From: Deltaproteobacteria bacterium | GTDB lineage: Bacteria; Desulfobacterota_D; UBA1144; Nemesobacterales; JAJCZQ01 | Assembly (NCBI GenBank): GCA_029262335.1 | Contig: JAJCZQ010000039.1 | Span: 2,138-66,137, forward strand | DNA: 64,000 nt | Direction: 5' to 3' | Shown: in pieces, positions 38,182 to 48,836 of the stretch | How the letters are laid out: every line of letters starts with the position of its first letter | Numbering within the stretch: the stretch's first letter is position 1 | Notes under the pieces: generated by a model | The model's database searches: none | Told to the model about the DNA's origin: nothing | What the model saw: only the letters and a program-made list of their open reading frames with translations | Position numbers and translations under genes: made by a program

Positions 38182-39042
38182 TCAGTTTTGATATGAATTA
38201 TTATTTGTGTACCTGAACCAGAGTAACAGGGTTATTGTTAGTATAGCAAGCCCTACAGTTAAATGCAGTGCAGTTACATAAAAGGTCAGCTGTGTAAGTA
38301 CCACAAGCATGCCCAGCATTACCTGAAACACAATCAGCAGGCACGCCGTAAGAAGATAGCTGTTAGCATCTTTGAGGTTTTCCTTATAGATTGAAACTAT
38401 ATACAGAGTTATAAAAACAATAAAAATAAAGTAGGCAAGAACCCTGTGTGCATAATGGTTTAGTACTATCCCCGCTAGTGAAGGCGGTATCCAGAAACCA
38501 AGGCATGTTGGAAAGTCCGGGCATGCAAGCCCTGATCCGGAATGCCTTACGTATGCACCAAGAACGGCCTGTACAAAAATTAATACTGAAAGTAAAAAGA
38601 AAAGGCCGGCCTTTCCTGAAAAGGACATTTTTGGGACAAGTTTTTCACCGTCAAAATAAGCAGTGTATAAAACCAGTGCGAATATTATTATTGCATTTGC
38701 AAAGTGTATTGTAGTAAGGTCCACCGGTAGTTTGAGCAGGACTACAATACCGCCGAGGAATATCTGAATGACAAGTAGTATTACTGCAACAATCGGGATT
38801 GCCTTGAAAGCACCTTTGTATTTCTTTAATCTCCTGTAACAGAGCGTAATAATCAATACAGAGGTGATAGCACCAATTACACGGTGAATAAACTCGATAT
38901 ATATATCAAGTCTAAGGGGAGGGATGGCCTGGCCATGACAAAGGGGCCAGTCGGGGCAGGCAAGTCCTGCTTTAAGTCCCGCAACCATATTACCCCAGAC
39001 GAGAAGGATAAATAGTGCTACCAGGGTAGCTTTTGCAAGCAT
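38182..39042 (-). CDS. ctaA: Heme A synthase (COX15/CtaA)
   Basis: 286 aa with 8 TM segments, paired CPDWPLC / CPDFPTC motifs and conserved histidines (HR). Confidence 0.8.
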   Translation of the reverse strand: MLAKATLVALFILLVWGNMVAGLKAGLACPDWPLCHGQAIPPLRLDIYIEFIHRVIGAITSVLIITLCYRRLKKYKGAFKAIPIVAVILLVIQIFLGGIVVLLKLPVDLTTIHFANAIIIFALVLYTAYFDGEKLVPKMSFSGKAGLFFLLSVLIFVQAVLGAYVRHSGSGLACPDFPTCLGFWIPPSLAGIVLNHYAHRVLAYFIFIVFITLYIVSIYKENLKDANSYLLTACLLIVFQVMLGMLVVLTQLTFYVTALHLTVGLAILTITLLLWFRYTNNNSYQN

Positions 39043-39043
39043 A

Positions 39044-39367
39044 TTAGTAGAGTGCCGGGTTCCTCGTGAAGGTTTCCATAATAGTTGTAGCTATTAAAAG
39101 GAAAAGTAAAAACATAGGGTATAAAGCGTAAACCCATGTCAGTTTATCTTCAAATTTTAAATGCATAAAATAGTATGCCACGATAGATGCTTTTATCGAA
39201 GCTATTGTCATCGCCCCGATGATGTTAAGTGCCCTTCCAAAATCATAAAGGGCAATATATATGGTAACAACAGTAAGTACGGTAAGGGCAAGCCATACCA
39301 TTATTAACGTTTTTGGCCCTATCTCGTGATGTTCATCATGTCCGTGTGTTTGTGTATGTGTGCTCAT
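39044..39367 (-). CDS. Cytochrome c oxidase subunit IV (bacterial small subunit)
   Basis: 107 aa with 3 TM segments, positioned directly after subunit III. Confidence 0.6.
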   Translation of the reverse strand: MSTHTQTHGHDEHHEIGPKTLIMVWLALTVLTVVTIYIALYDFGRALNIIGAMTIASIKASIVAYYFMHLKFEDKLTWVYALYPMFLLFLLIATTIMETFTRNPALY

Positions 39368-39380
39368 ATTATTGACCTCG

Positions 39381-39980
39381 CTAACCGACTAAATAAAGTA
39401 AAGGAAATAAATATATCCAGATTAAGTCAACCAAATGCCAGTAAAGCCCGCCGACTTCAACAGGCGTATAATAATCTTTTGTAAATTTACCTATATGTGC
39501 AAGATATGCTATAACACCAAGTATACAAAGGCCAACAAATACGTGAATCATGTGGAGTCCTGTCATCAGGTAATAAAGCCCGAAGAATATACTTGTGCTT
39601 GGGTAGATATGATGGTCAAGCTTTGCACTATATTCAAAATACTTTACAACACCAAATATTAAGCCGCAGATGATGGTTATAACCATAAAGATAACTACTT
39701 TTTTCTTGTCACCTTTCTGCGCTGCCCATACAGCGATAGCCATTGTCAGACTGCTGAAAATAAGCACCACGGTGTTTAATCCACCTTTAAATATGTCTAA
39801 TTCTTTGTGCTGTTCACTGAACATCTCGGGGAATTTTGCCCTGAAAATTGCGTATGCGGCAAACAGGCCACCGAAAAGCAGAATCTCGGTACCCAGAAAT
39901 AACCACATGCCCAGCTTTGATGAGGAATACTCTAATGCCGGGTCTAATTCATGTTCTGCATGATGTGCAGCTTGTTCCAT
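39381..39980 (-). CDS. ctaE: Cytochrome c oxidase subunit III
   Basis: 199 aa with GMWLFLGTEILLFGGLF and YWHLVDLIW. Confidence 0.85.
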   Translation of the reverse strand: MEQAAHHAEHELDPALEYSSSKLGMWLFLGTEILLFGGLFAAYAIFRAKFPEMFSEQHKELDIFKGGLNTVVLIFSSLTMAIAVWAAQKGDKKKVVIFMVITIICGLIFGVVKYFEYSAKLDHHIYPSTSIFFGLYYLMTGLHMIHVFVGLCILGVIAYLAHIGKFTKDYYTPVEVGGLYWHLVDLIWIYLFPLLYLVG

Positions 39981-40000
39981 TTTAACATTGCCTCCAATTA

Positions 40001-41602
40001 CTATTTCTTACCATATCCATAGGTCCAGTCTGTTACAGTTGGTATATCTTTAAAATTTTCGTGCGGTGGTGGTGATGGTACAGTGAATTCAAGTGAAAGA
40101 GAGCCGTACTGGTTAACAGGGGCTTTCTCTTTACTGAACAGGCCTGCAATCAGATTTACAAACATAATTACCACACCTACTGCAAGAATCCATGAACCAT
40201 AAGTTGATATTTCATGATAGGTCTGAAACTCTGCAGGGTAGGTTGCGTATCTTCTTGGCATTCCCTGTACACCCATAAAAAACTGCGGGAAGAAAGTAAC
40301 ATTGAACCCAACGAAGAAGAAAAACCATGCGATCTTCGCAACTAATTCATTAAACATTCTTCCAAACCATTTTGAATACCAGAAATGTATGGCACCAAAA
40401 AATCCAAATACCGTACCGCCGATCATAACGTAGTGCATATGAGCCACTACGAAGTAAGTGTCATGTAAATGAACGTCAACTGCAAGGGCACCGAGATAAA
40501 CCCCGGTAAGACCGCCAATTGTAAATAAGAATAAAAATGAAAGTGCATAGAGCATCGGTGATTCAAGTGAAATAGACCCTCTATACATTGTTGCTGTCCA
40601 GTTAAATACTTTTATTGCCGTCGGTATTGCCACAAGCATTGTTAAGAATGAGAAGATTGCAGCTGCAGTTTCTGAAATACCACTTACAAACATATGGTGA
40701 AGCCACACAAAGAAACTGATAATAGCGATTGCAAAACTCGAATACGCGATAGCTTTGTATCCGAATATTGGTTTTTTTGCGAATACCGGAATAATTTCAG
40801 AGATAATACCAAATGCCGGTATTACCATAATGTATACAGCAGGGTGGGAATAGAACCAGAAGAAGTTCTGAAAGAGGATAGGGTCTCCGCCCTTTGCAGG
40901 GTCAAAGAATCCGATACCAAGTGTTCTTTCCGCTATAAGTAAAAGTAGTGTTATACCAACAACCGGTGTTGCAAGAAGCTGAAGAATTGCTGTTGCGTAT
41001 GATGCCCATATAAACAGAGGCAGCCTGCTCCAGGTCATACCAGGACATCTTAGTTTATGTATCGTTACAATAAAGTTCATTCCCGTCAGGATCGATGAAA
41101 AGCCGAGGACAAATACCCCGAGCGTTATCAGGACCACATCGGTTTGTGATTGTACGCTGTATGGTGTGTAGTAGGTCCAGCCTGTGTCTGCCGGCTGAAG
41201 AAGTGCTCCAAACAAGATAGCAGTACCTGCCAGGTAAACCCAGTAACTTCCAAGGTTTAGCTTGGGAAACGCTACGTCTCGTGCGCCGATCATCAGCGGG
41301 ATAAGGAAGTTCCCGAGACTTGCTGCCACCCCGGGCACAATAAAGAAAAAGACCATTAACGAACCATGCATGGTGAAAAATACGTTGTAAGTATGTGGGC
41401 TGAGAAAATCTGCTTCTGGTGTGAGAAGCTCATATCTCATAAGAAGTGCAAAAACACCGCCAACAAGAAAGAAAAATGAGATTGTCACAAGATACATTAT
41501 CCCAATACGTTTATGATCTGTTGTTAACAACCATGACATAAAGCCCTTAGGTTCATAAAATGAAGGTTCGGCCATTGTATCATGTGCAGTACCGTTTGCC
41601 AT
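40001..41602 (-). CDS. ctaD: Cytochrome c oxidase subunit I (heme-copper oxidase, A-type)
   Basis: 533 aa with DHKRIGIMY, WFYSHPAVYIMVIP, HHMF and the VAHMHYV ligand blocks. Confidence 0.95.
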   Translation of the reverse strand: MANGTAHDTMAEPSFYEPKGFMSWLLTTDHKRIGIMYLVTISFFFLVGGVFALLMRYELLTPEADFLSPHTYNVFFTMHGSLMVFFFIVPGVAASLGNFLIPLMIGARDVAFPKLNLGSYWVYLAGTAILFGALLQPADTGWTYYTPYSVQSQTDVVLITLGVFVLGFSSILTGMNFIVTIHKLRCPGMTWSRLPLFIWASYATAILQLLATPVVGITLLLLIAERTLGIGFFDPAKGGDPILFQNFFWFYSHPAVYIMVIPAFGIISEIIPVFAKKPIFGYKAIAYSSFAIAIISFFVWLHHMFVSGISETAAAIFSFLTMLVAIPTAIKVFNWTATMYRGSISLESPMLYALSFLFLFTIGGLTGVYLGALAVDVHLHDTYFVVAHMHYVMIGGTVFGFFGAIHFWYSKWFGRMFNELVAKIAWFFFFVGFNVTFFPQFFMGVQGMPRRYATYPAEFQTYHEISTYGSWILAVGVVIMFVNLIAGLFSKEKAPVNQYGSLSLEFTVPSPPPHENFKDIPTVTDWTYGYGKK

Positions 41603-41621
41603 GCTATGTTTCTCCTTTAAA

Positions 41622-42566
41622 TTATTTAAGAGTTTTTATGTATTCAATTAATGCTGTTACTTCTTCGTCACTTAAAATCCCTTCAAATGCAGGCATTACA
41701 GGCTGATAGCCTTCTACAATAAGTGCCTGTGGCTGAAGGATAGATTCTCTTAAATAGTTTTCATCTACTGTTATTGTTTTACCGTTTGTCATCTTTTCGG
41801 TTATGCCAAAAAGACCTTTAAAAGTAGGACCAATAAGTGCTGTGCCGTCTATACTGTGGCATGCATTACAGCCCCTGTTTGTATAAAGCTCTGCACCCTG
41901 TTCGGCAGGCGGGAGAGTGGAAGCAACAGATGTGCCTTCGTCAATCCCAATGCCTTTTTCCCATATCGCATAAGCCTCTGGCCCGAGTACATGGACCTTT
42001 GCCAGCATCTGTGAATGACTGGTCCCGCAGTACTCTGCGCAGAAAAGTTCAAAAGTACCGGCTTTAGTTGGTGTAAACCAAAGCTGGGTGTAGTTGCCGG
42101 GAAGTATGTCCTGCTTTACCCTGAAGTCAGGTACAAAGAAGCTGTGAAGTACATCTTCAGATCTCATTACCATTCTTACAGGCCTTCCCTGCTGAACATA
42201 AAGTTCGTTTATTGTTTTTTTACCGTTGTAATAATCAAATTGCCAGAGCCACTGTCTTGCAACTACATTTACTTCGACAGCGTTATCAGGGGGAGTTCTC
42301 ATTTCCCTGTATTCAATATAACCCCAGGCAAAAATAAATATTAATAATACGGAGGGGATTACGGTCCAGATAACTTCTATAAGTTCGTTACCTGTGATGT
42401 ATGGTGTCTCATCATGTTCGGTTTTTCTTCTGTATTTTATGGCAAATCCAATTAAGAAAGCGGAAATAAGCAGGAAGAAAAATACTGATAGTACTGTTAC
42501 AAAGAGAAGTACATTGTCTACCCCACTTGCTAAATTAGATGCATTTTCAGGAAGCCAGCTTAACAT
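41622..42566 (-). CDS. ctaC: Cytochrome c oxidase subunit II with fused C-terminal cytochrome c domain (caa3 type)
   Basis: 314 aa with CuA site DVLHSF ... CAEYCGTSHSQM and heme c site CNACHSIDG. Confidence 0.9.
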   Translation of the reverse strand: MLSWLPENASNLASGVDNVLLFVTVLSVFFFLLISAFLIGFAIKYRRKTEHDETPYITGNELIEVIWTVIPSVLLIFIFAWGYIEYREMRTPPDNAVEVNVVARQWLWQFDYYNGKKTINELYVQQGRPVRMVMRSEDVLHSFFVPDFRVKQDILPGNYTQLWFTPTKAGTFELFCAEYCGTSHSQMLAKVHVLGPEAYAIWEKGIGIDEGTSVASTLPPAEQGAELYTNRGCNACHSIDGTALIGPTFKGLFGITEKMTNGKTITVDENYLRESILQPQALIVEGYQPVMPAFEGILSDEEVTALIEYIKTLK

Positions 42567-42568
42567 TT

Positions 42569-43423
42569 TTAATTTTTGAAACCTCCATCACGTTTGTTAA
42601 TATGACCCTTTTCTCGTACCCAAAATATGGCTAGAAATCCGGATAAAGCTAACAGAGTAACTACTCCTCCAGCTTTTACAATATTTAAAGCTTTAAGTGC
42701 GTATCTTTTACCAATCGGGTCAAATTGATAGCAAAACAGCAGCACTTTATTAGCAAGACTTGATTTGCCAATCTTGCCGTCTGATGACTCTATTAAGGCC
42801 AGTTTGAAATCTTTTGGGTTATGCTGAAGCCCGTAAAGATAGCGTGAAACCTTGCCTTCGGGGGTAAGTACCACAAGTGCAGAAGGGTGGGCATATTCCT
42901 CCCCGTCTTTCTTAAAATTGTATCCGATGGCCTGGGTAAGTTTATTTATATTCTCAGAATCAGAAGTTAAAAAGCTCCATCCATTTTCAGGATTGATACT
43001 TTTATCTTTAAAACCGCTGTAATATTTTTTTGATTTTTCTGCGGAGATGAGATCAGTTTCTTCAGGGTTGAAACTGATTGAAAGAAATTCATAATCAGTC
43101 CCGATCTTTAAATCATTAGTCTCGTTTATTACTTCAAGTGAGCCGTCAAGAGCAAATGTGCAGATCCTTGGGCATGAAAGATAAAGCATGTTGATTACAA
43201 CGGGTTTCTCATTGAAAAAACGGCTGAGTTTTACCTGCTCACCATCCTGATTTATAAAATCTACATCAAGGTCAATTGTCTCACCAAGTTTTTCATCAAT
43301 TCCTATCTCTTTTAAGTCAGCAGTGTTGGAAATTGCGTATGCAGGGGCATGATAATATGAAATTACTATTATCAGTAATAATATATAAGATCTAATTGAT
43401 ATTAATGAGTAAATATTAAACAT
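42569..43423 (-). CDS. SCO1/SenC copper chaperone
   Basis: 284 aa with a thioredoxin-fold CxxxC motif (YLSCPRICTF) and conserved H in YAHPSAL. It is the first gene of the oxidase operon. Confidence 0.8.
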   Translation of the reverse strand: MFNIYSLISIRSYILLLIIVISYYHAPAYAISNTADLKEIGIDEKLGETIDLDVDFINQDGEQVKLSRFFNEKPVVINMLYLSCPRICTFALDGSLEVINETNDLKIGTDYEFLSISFNPEETDLISAEKSKKYYSGFKDKSINPENGWSFLTSDSENINKLTQAIGYNFKKDGEEYAHPSALVVLTPEGKVSRYLYGLQHNPKDFKLALIESSDGKIGKSSLANKVLLFCYQFDPIGKRYALKALNIVKAGGVVTLLALSGFLAIFWVREKGHINKRDGGFKN

Positions 43424-43640
43424 CGATTTTTAAAATACAATTTGCAGACAGAATCCTGCTTTTTTTGTAAACTGTTGCTAACTTATTGAAATTGTTGAAT
43501 ATATTTACGGAATTTTTTGTTAACAATTGTCACCTGACAAAAGCAGTTTAGATTGTATCTGATTGGATAATGCTGTCAAGTAGTGTAAAACATTCAATAA
43601 TATTGCTTTTTTGGATTGATTTGGCTGTAATTAAAATAAA

Positions 43641-44597
43641 ATGAAATGTATTACTGATATAGATGGTATAAGTGTCGGGCACAGTTCCGATTTTACTGCC
43701 GGTACGGGCTGCACTGTAGTCCTTTTTGACAGTCCGGTATTTGGTGCAGTCGAGTTAAACGGCGGAGGTACCAGTACGCGCCAGATTGATTCAATGCTTC
43801 CTCATGGGACCTACGGAAGGATCAATGCAATACTGCTTACCGGGGGAAGTACTTTTGGCCTTAATGCAACTGACGGAGTGCTTCAATATCTTGAGGAAAA
43901 ATCCATAGGCCTCCAAACAAAGGCCGGAATGGTAATACCTTCTGTCCCTTCAGCCGTAATATACGATCTTGGGATTGGCAATGGAAAAATTCGCCCGGAT
44001 AAGAAAATGGGTTACCAGGCCTGCCTTAATGCCGGGACCGGAATTATAGAGGAAGGATGTATAGGAGTCGGCACCGGGGCTACAATAGGAAAAATAAACG
44101 GTGTAGATAATTCAACCAAAGGTGGTGTTGCTTCATCGAGTTTCATTTTTCCAAACGGCGTCATTGTAGGTGTGCTTGTTGTTGTAAATGCATTTGGCGA
44201 CATATATTCGCTTGAAAGAAATGAAATTATAGCTGGTGCCAGGAATAAGAAAGAAAAAGGTTTTCTTAATACAACCGAGTATATAAAAAAGGGTTATGTT
44301 AAACCCTACGAACCTTACTCGAGTACCACGCTATGCGTAGTCGCAACTAATGCCGGTCTAAACAAACATGAGCTGATAAGAATCTCCAAGATTGCCCACA
44401 CTGGTATAAGCAGGGTAATAAGCCCGGTAAATACAATCTCCGACGGCGATATAGTCTTCGCAGTATCAGCCGGGGAAATGGATGGAGATGCTAACTCTAT
44501 AGGTGTTGCAGCTTCCGATCTTATCTCACGCACGATTGAGGATGCTGTTCTTAAAGCAAGGGGTATGTTGGGAATACCTTCAGGCTCGGAACTCTAG
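43641..44597 (+). CDS. P1/S58-family peptidase (DmpA/BapA-like aminopeptidase)
   Basis: 318 aa with ITDIDGISVGH ... GTGCTVVLF ... LLTGGSTFGL. Confidence 0.7.
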   Translation: MKCITDIDGISVGHSSDFTAGTGCTVVLFDSPVFGAVELNGGGTSTRQIDSMLPHGTYGRINAILLTGGSTFGLNATDGVLQYLEEKSIGLQTKAGMVIPSVPSAVIYDLGIGNGKIRPDKKMGYQACLNAGTGIIEEGCIGVGTGATIGKINGVDNSTKGGVASSSFIFPNGVIVGVLVVVNAFGDIYSLERNEIIAGARNKKEKGFLNTTEYIKKGYVKPYEPYSSTTLCVVATNAGLNKHELIRISKIAHTGISRVISPVNTISDGDIVFAVSAGEMDGDANSIGVAASDLISRTIEDAVLKARGMLGIPSGSEL

Positions 44598-45724
44598 TTG
44601 TTCTTTTCAAGTGAGATATCTTCTTTTGGTACAAGTGACTGCCTCATCTTTATACCGAGGACTATCCCGATAGCTATAAATGCGGTCAGGACAGAAGAAC
44701 CACCATAACTAAAAAGATAAAGAGGCACACCGATTACAGGCAAAAGGCCAAGTACCATCCCGACATTTATCAAAGTATGCCAGAAAAAGAGCGCAGCTAT
44801 CCCCAGTGCAACCAGCATTGAGAATTTATCTTTAGAAGAGCTTGCGGTATCAAGTATTGTCAGAATCAACAGGAAATATATAAGAAGCATTATAGCCGAG
44901 CCAAGAAATCCCCATTCCTCGGCAAGTACGGAAAAGGCAAAGTCTGTCTGCTGGGCCGGTATAAACCTGAGCTGTGACTGCGTCCCTGCAAGATAACCCT
45001 TTCCTATTAGTTTCCCCGAACCTACCGCAATCTGTGACTGAATGGAGTTGTAACCCATACCAAGTGGGTCAACCGATGGGTTGGCAAAAGTAAGAATCCT
45101 CTCCTTCTGATAATCCTTTAAAAAAAAGCTCCAGGCCGGAATTGATACAAGAACCAGGATGCTGAGAATAATAAGAAGAGATTTTCTTTTTATACCCATA
45201 AATAAAAGCATTGTCCCGGAAAGAAGAATTATGACTAACGCTGTTCCAAGGTCGGGCTGTAGAAGGATAAGGGAAAATATCATGATTGTGAAAATAATCG
45301 GTTTTATTATATCTTTCAGTCCAAAAGGGCCGTCTTCAAAGTCGTTGCTGTAAAACCTGGCGATGATAAGTATTAGCGAGATTTTTACAAACTCAGAGGG
45401 CTGTATTGAAATCGGGCCAAATACTATCCAGCTGCGGGACCCCGAAACTTCCCTCCCGAAGATAAAAACAAATATGAGTGTCAGCAGGGAAATGACAAAG
45501 ATATGCATCGTGTATCTTTTTAATAAGTTGGAATTCATAAATGTGATAATGAGCATTGTTATGAAACCAATGCATACCCATATCAGCTGTTTTTTAAATG
45601 TACCAAGTCCGGTGTGGTATGATGCGCTGTATAAATTTATAAGTCCAAATGCAGAGAATAGCAGTGCGAGGAAAAGTATAAGCCAGCCAAAGTTTTTGAT
45701 TATCCTTCTGTCAAACATTATCAT
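44594..45724 (-). CDS. rodA: Rod shape-determining SEDS glycosyltransferase RodA
   Basis: 376 aa FtsW/RodA/SpoVE-type protein with about 10 TM segments, QPSEFVK and TDFAFSVLAEEWGF. It is the last gene of the mre-mrd operon. Confidence 0.85.
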   Translation of the reverse strand: MIMFDRRIIKNFGWLILFLALLFSAFGLINLYSASYHTGLGTFKKQLIWVCIGFITMLIITFMNSNLLKRYTMHIFVISLLTLIFVFIFGREVSGSRSWIVFGPISIQPSEFVKISLILIIARFYSNDFEDGPFGLKDIIKPIIFTIMIFSLILLQPDLGTALVIILLSGTMLLFMGIKRKSLLIILSILVLVSIPAWSFFLKDYQKERILTFANPSVDPLGMGYNSIQSQIAVGSGKLIGKGYLAGTQSQLRFIPAQQTDFAFSVLAEEWGFLGSAIMLLIYFLLILTILDTASSSKDKFSMLVALGIAALFFWHTLINVGMVLGLLPVIGVPLYLFSYGGSSVLTAFIAIGIVLGIKMRQSLVPKEDISLEKNN

Positions 45725-47522
45725 TTTGAATCACACCGTTCTTTAGATCAAAATAGAGATCAATTATCTCTTTAGCCAATGGAGCTGCAACGCCGCCGCC
45801 ACTGCCTCCGTTTTCGACTAATACCGTAATTGCTATCTCGGGATTTTCAGCCGGGTAGTAAGCTGTAAACCATGCATGGTCTTTATGTTTATCTTTGCTG
45901 GATTTAGTTTTAGTAGAGATAACCTGCGCTGTGCCTGTTTTCCCGGCAACTGTGCCGTGTTTAACTTTTGCCTTTTTTCCCGTGCCTGATTTTTCATTAA
46001 CGGCACTTACCAGCGATTCCTGTATCATTTTTATCTGCATATCGTCAAAAGGCAGAATACTCAGTACCTCTGAACTACTGACCATTGTATTTTTCCCATC
46101 AAGGTCGGATATTCTTTTTATAAGAATAGGTTTTAGTACAGACCCTCCGTTGGCAACGGAAGCTGTCATCATTGTTATCTGGAGCGGAGTTACATTTAAG
46201 TATCCCTGGCCTATGGACGTAACCACTGTTTCTCCCTTATACCAGGGTTCCTTGAACTGCTTGTATTTCCATGACCTGCTTGGGACAAGCCCCTCCTTTT
46301 CGCTCAGCTCAATTCCCGTGTCGGAGCCAAACCCAAAGATCTTTGCATATTTAGAAATTCTGTCTATGCCGAGTTTTTCTGCGGTGTTATAAAAAAATAC
46401 ATCACAGGATTGTGCCATTGCACTATTTAAATTGACCCATCCGTGCCCGGAGTGTTTCCAGCATTTAAATTTCTTTTTACCTACTTTGTAGTGGCCCGGA
46501 CAAAAAACAGTAGTTTCCTCGTCGATTACATTTTCTTTTAAAGCACCAAGAGCAGTGACTATTTTGAAAGTTGATCCGGGTGCGTAAGTCCCGCGGGTCG
46601 AACGGTTGAGCATAGGGTGAAGTACATTTTTAGTCAGGTCATTCCAGTCTGACTGATCAATCCCATTTACGAAAAGTACAGGGTCAAAGGACGGACTGCT
46701 AGCCATTGCAAGGATCTCGCCTGAGTTTACATTTACAACGGAAATTGACCCGGCTTTATTCTTTAGAAGCTGTTCCGATTTTTTTTGCAGTTCTATATCG
46801 ATAGTCAGGTGAATGTTGTTGCCCGGCAATGTTTCCTTGTCTTCAATGTCTTTTTGAAAAAGTTTGGATTTTACCTGGCGGCCAAGAGCATCTATCACCT
46901 TGTAATTAATGCCGTTTGCCCCCCGAAGGTCGTTTTCATATGTTTCTTCAATCCCTGTTTTTCCAACAGTAATATTAAGATTTGTTAAGGGGAATTTTTT
47001 TAAATCATCTTTGTTTGGTTTCCCGAGGTACCCTACAAACAGTGATCCCAGCTTGCCCTCCGGATAATCGCGAAGATAGTTTACCTCGATTGTGATACCG
47101 CCCAGATCAGGTTTGTTGGCCTCAATTGCAGCAAGAGTGTCTCTGTCTATATCTTTAATTAAAATGAAAGGGAGATAGGCACTTTTCTTTTTGGCTTTTG
47201 TAATAGACTGCCGGATTTCTGCTTTGTCCATTTCGAGAATGCCACCCAGCATTTCAGAGACCTTTTCTATGTCTTTAAGTTCATTGGGGAACACCTTTAA
47301 ATCAAATGAAGGCCTGTTTACAACTATCTTCTTATTGTTCCTGTCGAGAATTTTCCCGCGGGGAGCAGGAGAGTTAATAAGCCTGATACGGTTCTCAATA
47401 GAGAAAAGTTCAAATTCGTCGCCCTTTAATATTTGTAAATAAAACAGTCTTAACACCAGAATTAAAAACAAACTTCCAATGATTAAGGAACATATAAATA
47501 GTTTATTCTTGTACTGTGGCAT
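45711..47522 (-). CDS. mrdA: Penicillin-binding protein 2 (elongasome transpeptidase)
   Basis: 603 aa with STFK (active-site Ser), SCD (SxN-type variant) and KTGTAQ. Confidence 0.85.
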   Translation of the reverse strand: MPQYKNKLFICSLIIGSLFLILVLRLFYLQILKGDEFELFSIENRIRLINSPAPRGKILDRNNKKIVVNRPSFDLKVFPNELKDIEKVSEMLGGILEMDKAEIRQSITKAKKKSAYLPFILIKDIDRDTLAAIEANKPDLGGITIEVNYLRDYPEGKLGSLFVGYLGKPNKDDLKKFPLTNLNITVGKTGIEETYENDLRGANGINYKVIDALGRQVKSKLFQKDIEDKETLPGNNIHLTIDIELQKKSEQLLKNKAGSISVVNVNSGEILAMASSPSFDPVLFVNGIDQSDWNDLTKNVLHPMLNRSTRGTYAPGSTFKIVTALGALKENVIDEETTVFCPGHYKVGKKKFKCWKHSGHGWVNLNSAMAQSCDVFFYNTAEKLGIDRISKYAKIFGFGSDTGIELSEKEGLVPSRSWKYKQFKEPWYKGETVVTSIGQGYLNVTPLQITMMTASVANGGSVLKPILIKRISDLDGKNTMVSSSEVLSILPFDDMQIKMIQESLVSAVNEKSGTGKKAKVKHGTVAGKTGTAQVISTKTKSSKDKHKDHAWFTAYYPAENPEIAITVLVENGGSGGGVAAPLAKEIIDLYFDLKNGVIQNDNV

Positions 47523-47997
47523 AAATTTTATTTTTTATATGAAAAATTAATATTCCTACTGCAGAATTTATTATAGCCTGATAAACAATAACATTTTTAA
47601 TTAATTTCAGGTCGTTTACCGATTTAAGTATAAGGATGAACCAGATAAAAAACCAGACGTATAATGTCCCGAGGAAAAGGGAAAAAAATACCGGTGTATA
47701 ACTTTCGTAATCCAGGTGGTTTGAACTGCGCCTTAGTATTATATAGAGGCTAAGCCTCGAAAAAGTATTTATTCCGATCATATAACCGGACATGACATCC
47801 AGCAGGAAACCGTTTAGCAGCACAAGGGCAAGTCCAAATCTCACATCTTTGGATATTGCAATGAATATGATGAGTATCAGGTTAAGGTCGGGAAAAAAAT
47901 ATTCTCCTGCCGAGGGGGAAAAGATCGAAGCCTGCAGGATGTTTATTAATATGGATACAAATATTAAAATAATAAAAGTTACATATTTATTCATCAA
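47503..47997 (-). CDS. mreD: Rod shape-determining protein MreD
   Basis: 164 aa with 5 TM segments, positioned between mreC and mrdA. Confidence 0.7.
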   Translation of the reverse strand: MMNKYVTFIILIFVSILINILQASIFSPSAGEYFFPDLNLILIIFIAISKDVRFGLALVLLNGFLLDVMSGYMIGINTFSRLSLYIILRRSSNHLDYESYTPVFFSLFLGTLYVWFFIWFILILKSVNDLKLIKNVIVYQAIINSAVGILIFHIKNKIYATVQE

Positions 47998-47999
47998 TA

Positions 48000-48812
48000 T
48001 TATTTGTTCTTGAGCCTGGTAATAACAACCACTTCTTCAATAGAATTTATTGATACTTCAGGAATTACAACAGCCTTGAACAAACCTCCTGAAGACATAA
48101 CTTTTTTTACAGTCCCTATTTTTATGCCCTTGGGATAATATCCGTCTTTACCGGAGGAAATAATTGTGTCACCATTTTCAATTTCAAAACTGTTTTCAAG
48201 GTATTCCATTAAACAGTCATTAATATTACCCTTTATAATTCCCCTTGCCCTTGTGCGCTGTACGATTGCATCTACTGCACTTATAGGGTCTGTGATAAGC
48301 ATTATCTGTGAGCTGTTTTTTGAAGCAATATATACTCTGCCGACAATGCCGTTCTGGGTAGTAACGGGCATTCCTTCTTTAATCCCGTCACTTTTACCTT
48401 TGTCTATTACAAGGAATTCTGTCCGCAGTAATGACGGGCTTCCTGCAATAACATTTGCTGAAATTGTATTGTAAGGGCCTTCTTCGGCAAAATTCAGCAG
48501 TTCCCTGAATCTTTCATTCTGAAGTTTTAATTCACGAAACTCAAAATCATTTCTCTTGAGAATACTGTTTTCATTTCTGAGTTTTTCGTTTTGCTCTTTG
48601 AGTGACTTAAGGGATTTGTAGTCCTTCCAAGTATTATTAAAACCGGATTTGATACTGTTAATTGCAAGAAAAGGATAGTAGTTTATCCGCATTACTATTT
48701 TTGATACAGGATCTACATCTCTTTCGGATTCATATATGAAGGGAAAAAGCTGTATGGCAAAAAATAGAAGGATTATAGAAATTATTATGGGATGTTTTTT
48801 TATAAACCCCAT
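48000..48812 (-). CDS. mreC: Rod shape-determining protein MreC
   Basis: 270 aa with an N-terminal TM segment, a coiled coil (LKEQNEKLRNENSILK) and beta-barrel repeats (GIVGRVY, ISSGKDGYYPKGIKIG). Confidence 0.85.
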   Translation of the reverse strand: MGFIKKHPIIISIILLFFAIQLFPFIYESERDVDPVSKIVMRINYYPFLAINSIKSGFNNTWKDYKSLKSLKEQNEKLRNENSILKRNDFEFRELKLQNERFRELLNFAEEGPYNTISANVIAGSPSLLRTEFLVIDKGKSDGIKEGMPVTTQNGIVGRVYIASKNSSQIMLITDPISAVDAIVQRTRARGIIKGNINDCLMEYLENSFEIENGDTIISSGKDGYYPKGIKIGTVKKVMSSGGLFKAVVIPEVSINSIEEVVVITRLKNK

Positions 48813-48836
48813 CTTACTCTGTCATTATAAAAGATT

